This document shows, in pieces, positions 1 through 7,700 of a DNA stretch of 18,126 nt. The notes under the pieces are model-generated. The model was not told where the DNA came from, did not search any database, and saw nothing but the letters and a program-made list of their open reading frames with translations. A program made the position numbers and the translations under genes. The first letter of the stretch is position 1. The number at the start of each line of letters is the position of its first letter. This DNA comes from Candidatus Eiseniibacteriota bacterium (lineage in GTDB: Bacteria; Eisenbacteria; RBG-16-71-46), in the NCBI GenBank assembly GCA_031364845.1, contig JANLWX010000014.1, positions 1 to 18,126 on the forward strand, in the 5' to 3' direction.

Positions 1-875
1 GCGCGCTTCAAGGATCGCCGGCCGATGCTCGTGAACACGACGCCCTGCTGGGCCAGCGACGTCGGCAGGATGCAATCGAACATGTCGACGCCGCGATGCA
101 CGGCTTCGAGCAGATCGCGCGGCGTGCCGACGCCCATCAGATAGCGCGGGCGATCGTGCGGCAGATACTCGGTGACGACCGCGGTGCAGTCGTCGCGCTG
201 CGCGATGCTCTCACCCACCGCGAGCCCGCCGATGGCATAGCCATCGAACGGCATCTGCGTGATCGCGCGCGCGCTTTCGATGCGCAGGTCGTCGTAGCAC
301 GCACCCTGAACGATGCCGAACAGCGCCTGCGCAGAATCGCCGCGCGCGTCCAGACTTCGCTGCGCCCAACGATGCGTCAACTCCATCGCCTCGCGTGCAA
401 CGCTGCGCTCGACCGTGGAAGGCACGCACTGGTCGAGCACCATCATGATGTCGGAGCCGATCACCTTCTGCGTGGCGATGCTGCGCTCGGGGCTCAGAAT
501 GATCGTGCTGTGGTCGACATAGCTACGGAACTCGGCGCCGTCCTCGCGCATCACGCGACTGCTGGGCAGCGAGAAGATCTGGAAGCCGCCGGAGTCGGTC
601 AGCACCGAGCGCGGCCAGTTCATGAAACCGTGAATGCCTCCGAACTTCTCGAAGATCTCCACACCGGGCCGCAACAACAGGTGATAGGTGTTGGCGAGCA
701 ACACCTGGGCGCCGCACTCCAGCAGATCTTCCCGGCGCTGCGACCGCACGGAGGCATGCGTGCCGACCGGCATGAACGTCGGCGTGAGCACTTCGTTATG
801 GGGCGTGCGAAAGCGCCCGGCTCGCGCACGTGAACCGGACGCCGTGGCTTCGAGCGTGAAGTGCAGGCGGCTCAT
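1..875 (-). CDS. tgt: tRNA-guanine(34) transglycosylase (queuine tRNA-ribosyltransferase), 3' end outside the window
   Basis: Not in the ORF track because it runs off the edge. Manual translation from ATG at 875 gives MSRLHFTLEATASGSRARAGRFRTPHNEVLTPTFMPVGT...ANTYHL...TDSGGFQ...SDIMMVLDQC...FGIVQG...GYAIGGLAVGE...PRYLMGVGTP...GVDMFDCILPT. These are the hallmark TGT motifs, including both catalytic Asp residues (DSGG, FDC). Confidence 0.97.
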   Translation of the reverse strand, partial: MSRLHFTLEATASGSRARAGRFRTPHNEVLTPTFMPVGTHASVRSQRREDLLECGAQVLLANTYHLLLRPGVEIFEKFGGIHGFMNWPRSVLTDSGGFQIFSLPSSRVMREDGAEFRSYVDHSTIILSPERSIATQKVIGSDIMMVLDQCVPSTVERSVAREAMELTHRWAQRSLDARGDSAQALFGIVQGACYDDLRIESARAITQMPFDGYAIGGLAVGESIAQRDDCTAVVTEYLPHDRPRYLMGVGTPRDLLEAVHRGVDMFDCILPTSLAQQGVVFTSIGRRSLKR

Positions 876-964
876 CGAGTGAACGTCGAAACGGCGTTCG
901 CCACGATTCGCAGCGGCAGGTGTCCGGCGCGAGACCCTGCGCCCGGCAGCGTGTCGAGTGTCAT
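872..964 (-). CDS. putative 30-aa leaderless upstream ORF (MTLDTLPGAGSRAGHLPLRIVANAVSTFTR)
   Basis: ATG at 964 lies 7 nt after a candidate -10 element. Its TGA overlaps the tgt start codon (ATGA, 872-875). tgt has no visible Shine-Dalgarno. No recognisable homology. Confidence 0.3.
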   Translation of the reverse strand: MTLDTLPGAGSRAGHLPLRIVANAVSTFTR

Positions 965-970
965 GTGGCG

Positions 971-1001
971 ATTGGTAGACATTTGTGTGTTTCTGTCAAC
1001 C
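971..1001 (-). promoter_or_regulatory. sigma70-type promoter for tgt overlapped by an imperfect palindrome
   Basis: The minus strand reads TTGACA (999-994), an AT-rich 16-17 nt spacer, then TACCAAT (977-971). This is an AT-rich island in GC-rich DNA. GGTAGACA (974-981) and TGTCAACC (994-1001) form a 7/8 inverted repeat. Confidence 0.6.
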
Positions 1002-1046
1002 GTTCGCCACACGCTCAGGGGGGCCAAGAGCCCTCACCCGAACCGC

Positions 1047-2219
1047 TCAAGCCCTCGCCAGATACCCGATCTCGACCGTCGTCTCCGAGTCCACGGTTTC
1101 GAGCAGATCCTCGAACACGGCCGTGAACGGCGACGTCCACAAAACGCGTCCGGTCTTCTTGCTGAGTTCGGTAAGCGCCTTCTCGCCTTCGGGCCCGATC
1201 AACCGCAGTCCCTGAGTGAGCAGCTTGAGACCGTGGGTGTAGACGGGCAGGCCGCGCTGAACCGCCTTCAGCAGATACTCCGTCGCGGCCGCGCCGTCTT
1301 TGCGTTCCTGAATCGATTGCATCGCCCACAGGATGCAACCGTCGGGGATCTCGGTGAACCCGTTCGCCAGATTTCTCGCCCAGTCGTGCATCAGGTCGAA
1401 GCGCCCGAGGCGGAACAGCAGATAGGCGCCGACGGTCGCGGCCCAGGGGTCGGCCATCTTCGCCATCAGCATCCGTTCGGCGCTCTCGGCCCATTCGGTC
1501 ATCGCTTCGGCCGAGTAGTAGTCGCCGCGCGACAGGTAGCCTCCCACGACGTCCGCGAGTTCCGACGACGTCGAGACACGCAAGCTGACGTGCTTTCCCG
1601 ACTTGAGCTGGTTCACGGTGAGCAATGCATCGTCGACATTCCCCGGGAGCCGGACGACGACGCTCGAACCCACAGTGGTGTGGAGGCGAAGTTCGGAAGG
1701 TCGATATGACGGAGTCGGTGAGAACGTCACCTGGCGCCCGAAGTCGGAAACTTCTCCGAGCGCGCCCTGCGACCATTCGATCTTCACGCCGCTCGGGAGC
1801 AACTGGCCCGTGTAGGCTTCGGATTGAGGGGGCCCGGCGGGCGCGGGCCCGCCACCCGTCAACGGAGGGCCGCCACTCTTCATGGACGCTCTGCCCACCG
1901 AGGAGCGGTACTGCGCTTCTCGAACCTGTCGAACGGTGCTCGACATCTCGGGCGGTCGAACGGTAGTGGGCCGGCTCCGCGCGCCTTCGATATCCTCGCG
2001 TGTCACGACGTAGTTGAGATCTCCCGAGTGGCGCAAGGTCACGTTGCGGCCGGACGGCAATCGCAGACGAATGAACGAGGCCTCCGAAGGCACCTCCACC
2101 TTGGCCACCGACGACGGGCCGAGCATGAGCTGCTTCACGGTCTCGTGATCGGGACTGAGCACTTCGACCACCATCGCGGGAAGGCCGTCGCTCAGGCGAA
2201 TGCTCATGGTGCCGGCCAT
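1047..2219 (-). CDS. hypothetical protein (390 aa), third gene of the caspase cassette; beta-rich N-terminus, G/P-rich linker, helical C-terminal domain
   Basis: ORF track 1047..2336. The start is reassigned to ATG at 2219 (MAGTMSIRLS), which overlaps the caspase stop (TGATG). The C-terminal half looks conserved and helical (DPWAATVGAYLLFR...DWARNLANGF..IPDG...RGLPVYTHGLKLL). No signal peptide. Confidence 0.85.
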   Translation of the reverse strand: MAGTMSIRLSDGLPAMVVEVLSPDHETVKQLMLGPSSVAKVEVPSEASFIRLRLPSGRNVTLRHSGDLNYVVTREDIEGARSRPTTVRPPEMSSTVRQVREAQYRSSVGRASMKSGGPPLTGGGPAPAGPPQSEAYTGQLLPSGVKIEWSQGALGEVSDFGRQVTFSPTPSYRPSELRLHTTVGSSVVVRLPGNVDDALLTVNQLKSGKHVSLRVSTSSELADVVGGYLSRGDYYSAEAMTEWAESAERMLMAKMADPWAATVGAYLLFRLGRFDLMHDWARNLANGFTEIPDGCILWAMQSIQERKDGAAATEYLLKAVQRGLPVYTHGLKLLTQGLRLIGPEGEKALTELSKKTGRVLWTSPFTAVFEDLLETVDSETTVEIGYLARA

Positions 2220-3340
2220 CAGGGGTATTCCACGGGATACGTTGGAGGCGTCAGCTCGTCCTGAATGCTCTTGGGCGGAAACGTTGAGAACGTGAGATCG
2301 ATCTGGGCCGGTCCTGGATCCACCGTGTCCATCCACGGCCGGCTTTCTCCGGCCACGGAGTTGCGGACCTTGGCACCCTGAGTGATCCGGATCGCGGACT
2401 CCGCGCTCGCCTGATCATCATCGCAGCTCACGCTGACCACGACCGCCCCTTTGGGCGGATAGTGGAACGTGACAGGTTTGAGCACCGGACACTCGCACGT
2501 CAGCGGAAGATTTGTTACCGAGGCCATTTCCTCGATCACGGAGCCGAGGGCATAGCTCAGGGCCGCCGTGTTGACGCGCCAGGGAAGCGGCTTGCGCGCA
2601 CCGGCACCGTTGAGACACGTGATGAGCGCCTTGCAGAAGTACGTCTCTTCCCCGTCTTTGCCGTGTGCCGCGCGGCCCTCGGAGGCGGCGTAGTAGGCGA
2701 TCGACAGATCCACCGTGTCGAGGAACGTCGAGCCGCCGGCGAGCGGCCGGCCATGGGGATTCTTCTTCGTCAATGCGGCGATTGGCGCGTCGCGGCAGGC
2801 ATCGATGAAGTAGAGCTGCGTGTCCGCCTTGCACTTGATCATCCCCGACTTCATGCCACTGAAGTCGATGCAGTTCTCCCACTCATCCGGCAGATCGGGG
2901 TTGCCGAAGTCCGAGAGCAACAGGAACTGGCTGATCGTGCTGATGCCGTGTCCCGCGAAATAGAAGAACGCGATGCTGCCTTCGTCCTGATTGCACCGCG
3001 CATACCAGTCGTCGAACGCCTGCTTCGTTTCCGCCATCGTCGCGGCACCCGAGTTTACGTTCGATCCATCGGCTCGCGTCATGGTTTCCTTCGGCGACAG
3101 CACGACTTCGATCGAGCCGAGCGGACACGCGGGATTCTGGTATTCACGCTCGAGCCATTGCACGATGCGCCGCGCCGCCGGCACCGTGGTGGTCAGCGGC
3201 TGCAGGCCGCTGAGGAAGTTGGACGGCTTCAGAACCCCGGGCCCCAGATGCTCGTACTCGCCGACGCCGATCACCAGGGCATGCAGCCGTGGCGCATTCA
3301 GAACGACGTTCGCTGCCGACGCCGGCCAGTAGAGGCTCAT
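2219..3340 (-). CDS. caspase-family (peptidase C14, metacaspase/orthocaspase-like) cysteine protease, 373 aa
   Basis: First strand LHALVIGVGEY, catalytic His in FFYFAGHG (H131), catalytic Cys in YFIDACR (C182), then YAASEG..AHG and YFCKALITCL. A short beta-rich C-terminal extension follows. The start overlaps the upstream stop (ATGA, 3337-3340). Confidence 0.92.
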   Translation of the reverse strand: MSLYWPASAANVVLNAPRLHALVIGVGEYEHLGPGVLKPSNFLSGLQPLTTTVPAARRIVQWLEREYQNPACPLGSIEVVLSPKETMTRADGSNVNSGAATMAETKQAFDDWYARCNQDEGSIAFFYFAGHGISTISQFLLLSDFGNPDLPDEWENCIDFSGMKSGMIKCKADTQLYFIDACRDAPIAALTKKNPHGRPLAGGSTFLDTVDLSIAYYAASEGRAAHGKDGEETYFCKALITCLNGAGARKPLPWRVNTAALSYALGSVIEEMASVTNLPLTCECPVLKPVTFHYPPKGAVVVSVSCDDDQASAESAIRITQGAKVRNSVAGESRPWMDTVDPGPAQIDLTFSTFPPKSIQDELTPPTYPVEYP

Positions 3341-4527
3341 AGCGCGTCGATCCTCGCCCTCAGGCGTTCGTAAAACCGCGTCTGTTCGAAGTACGCACCG
3401 TGCGCCTTGATCACGTAGGTTTTCGTGTCGTAGCGGGCGTCCACATCGACCCGATCGAAGACCGGCTTGGCGGCGTACGAGAAGATGTCCACCTCATCGT
3501 AGATGTTGATCCAGTGAAGGATGTTCTTCGGCGTCACCGCCTTTCCCGGCGGCTTCGCCTTGTCACTGTTCTTGAACAGCTTCATCTCTTCGAAGTGCGC
3601 GACCTGGGAGCCGACCGAAACGAACAGATCCACTTCGAGCGGACGGAAGTGGCTCAAGAGATCGAACGTGATCACACCACCGAGACTGTGTCCCACGATC
3701 ACGAGCGGCTCTCCGGGTGGGGCGGCTTGAACCGCTTTGTCGATGCCAGCCAGCACCCGCTGGCCAATTGGACCCGGCTGCGCCGCGTCGCCTCTCGAGT
3801 TGAAGTAGATGAACACGTCCCCGAAGAAACGCCCGAGCGTCGCGTTCAAGGCCTCGCGATTGGCGGCAAGAATCTTGGTGGAGGCGAAATCCCCCGCGCG
3901 ATCGAGGGTGGTGCCCATCAGGCCTGTGGCAGCGCTCTTGAGGCGGGTGGCAATCCCGCCCAGAGCGTCGATCACCTTGCCGAGTCCCAGCGTCTCGACC
4001 GGAGTCGGAGCCTTGATCGCCAGCCCGAGTTGTCCGATCAAGGCATCGTCGGTGGTGACGTTGGCGAGCCACGCCGGCCGCGGATTGGCCTTCGCATACG
4101 CCTGGGCCGACGCGGCGAATTCTGCGATCTCTTCGATCAGATCGTCCGTCGACTGATCGAGCGCCAGGCTCGCGATCAGCTCGACCGCATTCGAGAAGTC
4201 ACGCTTCGCGAGCGCCAGGATCGGCTCGCCGGTCACGCTTCCCGGAACGGCGTCGTGAATCATCGCCAGGTAGGGCAACATGGCCGGATCGGCGTTGCCC
4301 GAGAGTGCCTGCATCTCGCCGCGGGGCAGCGAGGCCATGTTCCACGCAAATGAAGCGGCGAGATCGCCCCAGTAGGGGAACCCGATCTCGCCGACATTTG
4401 CGAACGACTTGCCGTTGATGGTCGCCCCGGCGAAGCACGACTTGAGCGCGTCGGCCTTGAGCTTCACGCCCGCGTCGTAGCTCGGACCCAAGCGATTGTT
4501 CACGCCGTGCACGAAGACGATCGGCAT
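3337..4527 (-). CDS. cytoplasmic lipase-like alpha/beta hydrolase with a large helical insertion, 396 aa
   Basis: N-terminal IVFVHGV (oxyanion-hole strand), nucleophile elbow IVGHSLGG (S281), FVSVGSQ, acid candidate in WINIYDEVDIFS, His in AHGAYF. No signal peptide. Confidence 0.88.
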   Translation of the reverse strand: MPIVFVHGVNNRLGPSYDAGVKLKADALKSCFAGATINGKSFANVGEIGFPYWGDLAASFAWNMASLPRGEMQALSGNADPAMLPYLAMIHDAVPGSVTGEPILALAKRDFSNAVELIASLALDQSTDDLIEEIAEFAASAQAYAKANPRPAWLANVTTDDALIGQLGLAIKAPTPVETLGLGKVIDALGGIATRLKSAATGLMGTTLDRAGDFASTKILAANREALNATLGRFFGDVFIYFNSRGDAAQPGPIGQRVLAGIDKAVQAAPPGEPLVIVGHSLGGVITFDLLSHFRPLEVDLFVSVGSQVAHFEEMKLFKNSDKAKPPGKAVTPKNILHWINIYDEVDIFSYAAKPVFDRVDVDARYDTKTYVIKAHGAYFEQTRFYERLRARIDAL

Positions 4528-4650
4528 GCTGGGCTCTCGCGGCTAATTGTGGGGTTTGAGCCTGAACGACTTGCGAATCGAAGAGCAGCGCTCAGGGCGT
4601 TTGCGCCAAAACTTGGACGGTCATTCTCGCACGAGGGTTCGACATCGTCA

Positions 4651-4664
4651 TTCAGAAATCTGAA
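4651..4664. promoter_or_regulatory. palindrome TTCAGA-AA-TCTGAA, candidate operator
   Basis: Perfect 6-bp arms with a 2-nt spacer, AT-rich, in the intergenic region about 125 nt upstream of the hydrolase-caspase cassette. Confidence 0.3.
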
Positions 4665-4724
4665 AGCGCCCCGGTCAGGGTTCGCAGGTGATGCGATTCT
4701 CGTCTCTCCGCATCCTTCCGACCG

Positions 4725-7700
4725 TTACCGCAATCGCACGATCCGCTCTACCAGATCGCCGCCCGGAAAGCGGTAGGCGACGAAGTAGATCCCGGGCGCG
4801 GTCAATGGTCCCGGCCACTCCACGCTGTGGGCGCCGGCACTTCGTGTTCCGTTCACGAGCGAAGCAACGCGTCGGCCTTGGAGATCGACGACGTTCAACT
4901 CGACGACGGCCTCGTGTGCGAGGGTGAAACGGATCATCAATGGACCGAATCCGGGGTTTGGGGCCACGCGCGTCAACTCGAAGCGATAGGGCACGATTTT
5001 GAGGACATGCACGGACTCGCTTATCACAACGGCTTCGCCACCTTCACGCGAAGTCAGTCGGTACCAGTATTCCTGCTCGGCGCGCGCACTTCGATCGATC
5101 CCCGCGAGCGCATCGCCCTGGGTAACGGAGCTGATCACGACGATCGTCCACGGCCCTGTGGCCGCATCAGCTCGCTCGATCCGTACGTCGGCCATGAGTG
5201 AACCGGCGGCAAGACTCCACCTCACTCGCACGCCGTCCGCCTCCCGCTCGGCGGTGAACATCGTCAGCAGTGTCGGAGTCGACGCACAGCCCTGCCCCCG
5301 CGCCCCGATCAACCCGCAGCCAGGTGCGTCGAGCAGCGGAGAATCTTCCGCGAGGCTGACGCTGTCGGCGTCGACATCGCAGAACAGCGGGTCGAGCGCG
5401 AGGTCGCTGGCGCCCGATGGCATTCCGCGCGTCGCCCCGGTGCCGTTGCCGAACCAATTGTTGCACGTGGTGGGCACGTCCAACGTGTCCGCGGACAGGC
5501 CATAGCCCACGTTTTGGAAAGCGATGTTCTTCGTCACGACCTGCGGCCATGCCGTCGACACGAGATGAATGCCATGTCCCTGGTTGCGGAAGACGGTGTT
5601 CGCAACGATCGACGCATCGGCGTTGGAACCCGAGAAGTCCACGCGAATCCCGTCCTGCCCGCTGCGACCCACAACGTTGCGCTCGATCACCACATCGCGG
5701 GATGCCTGAACTCGAAGGCCGTTTGTGACGGACCCGACGATCAGATTGTCCGATACATTGCGAGCGACCCCCGAGATACCCGTGCCGCAGTCACGCACGA
5801 CATTGCTTTCGACGCTGCCCTCGTAGCAGTTGATTCCGATTCCGCAGCTGGCGACGACGTTGCTGCGAATGGACCCATGGCCCAAGACACCGATCGACGA
5901 ACAACCTGTAATACGATTCTCGACCGCGTCGAGGATGGTTCCGGCGTCCGCGAGGATGCCGTGTTCGTAGGAACCGATGATCTCGCTGGTCTGAACGTTC
6001 ATGGCACCGCCGTCATCCTGGGAGATGGCGGAATACCCGGTGCCTTCGAAGCGGCAATCCCTCACGCTCATCGTCGGATTGTCGCCCGCCACCCGAATGC
6101 CTCCGGTAAGGAACGTGTCCGAGTCGCAGACCACGAAGTTGGTGGCGATCGTTCTCACCCACCCGAGAATCCGCGAACGGTAGATGTCGACGTGGGCGTA
6201 GTCCCAGAACTCGAAGCGGTCCGTCTGCACCAGCCCCGAATCGAGCGTGCACGACTCGATCTCCACCAGCGCATTGCCGTATCCGGCCCGCCGGAGCTCG
6301 ACGGCCCCATCGAAGGCAAAGTCGCGGACGCGCAACTGTCCGAGATCATTCAGAGACGTCGTGACCAGACCGTTCGCTCGCGGTCTCTGACCGCTGCCGG
6401 GAAGGCCTCGCAGCACGAGCGACTGCCCCACCTCGAGGCGCTCGGGATACGTTCCCGTCCTCACGTCGACGGTATCCGCCCCCGAATCGATCGCAAGCTG
6501 GATGGTGGCGAAGTCGTCCGGCACGGTGACTCTCGAGGAGTTGATCGGGCCCGCGCCCAGTTCACCCTCGCGAGTGAAATGCATCGCGTACACATCCGAG
6601 CGGTTCGGGACGAAGTCGCGGTGGTCCTGCCACAACAGATATGCGCCGTCCACTCCGTCCGATACGAGTGACACCGGAAACTGATTGCCCGAGAGTGAGC
6701 AAAGCGACAGTCCGGTGTCGGGGAATGCGGCGGGGACTTGCGCCAAGGCGTTCACGCGGCTGCCGAAGAGATTCGGAGTGTTGCGGCGGAAGGCGAACAT
6801 CGCGCCGCCATCGCCGTCGGGCGCGATGAGCGGCCAGCCCGACAGAATGTCCCTCGATGTGGCAAACGTGCGGCCGCCGCTCTGCCATGCCGATGCGAAC
6901 GTGCCGTCGGCTTCGATGCGCCGGGCGACGTAGGCATCGAGCGCGCCGCCGGGCACGAGCCACGCGATCATCGCGGCGCCGTCGCCGGTGGCGACGATCA
7001 CCGGCAGATCGTCGTCACCGGGCGAAGCACCAATGGCGACACCGCCCACCGGCCATCCGGGCCGTGGCGCGGCGGTCGGACCCAGCCGAATTGCGTAGAT
7101 CGCATCCGATCCGCTTCCGCAATCGCGGCAGTCGCGCCACGCCAGAAAGATTCCGCCCGTTTCATCACTCGCACCGATGACACGGCTCGCAAACGATGGG
7201 CTGGCCCAACGACTCGTCTCGGTTCCGTCGGAACCATGATGCGTGGCGGCGATCAGGCTCGTGGCGTTCGAATTCTCCGACGCGAGCCAGAACCCTCCGC
7301 TCCCATCGGCGATCAAAGCGTGCGGATACTTGTAGCCGGGCCCGGTCGTCAGTCCGCGCCCTGCGACCGGCCAACTCGGGTCGAGTGATCCGTCGAACCG
7401 CACGTGGTGCGCGAAGACGTCGTAGACAAGCGTGCCCATGACGGGCGTATTGCGCGCATCGGTCCAGGCGACGAATGCTCCGCCCGCACCATCGCTGCAC
7501 ACGGCCGTCAGGTCGTTGAGCGGCCCGGTTCCCAGAGGGGTGCTCGTTGTGCAGATCGGCGTGCCTGAAGCCACCCAGCCCGAAGCAATGCTCGCTTCGG
7601 AATCGACGCGAATGGCGTAGATCCCGCGTGATACGCCCGACGCCCGGTAGTCGTACCAAGCGAGAATCGCACCGCCGGCCCCATCCAGAATCAGCTTCGG

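Noticed and set aside
96..833. 245-aa plus-strand ORF
   Set aside because: Antisense shadow of tgt with no protein motifs.
876..970. preQ1 riboswitch upstream of tgt
   Set aside because: No preQ1-like stem-loop with an A-rich tail is visible.
2220..2336. 39-aa N-terminal extension of the 429-aa ORF
   Set aside because: It lies inside the caspase gene; the TGATG-coupled ATG at 2219 is the more plausible start.
861..4353. Long plus-strand ORFs 861..1709, 2462..3373 and 3400..4353
   Set aside because: Antisense to the coupled cassette genes, with the R/H/V-rich composition typical of high-GC shadow frames.
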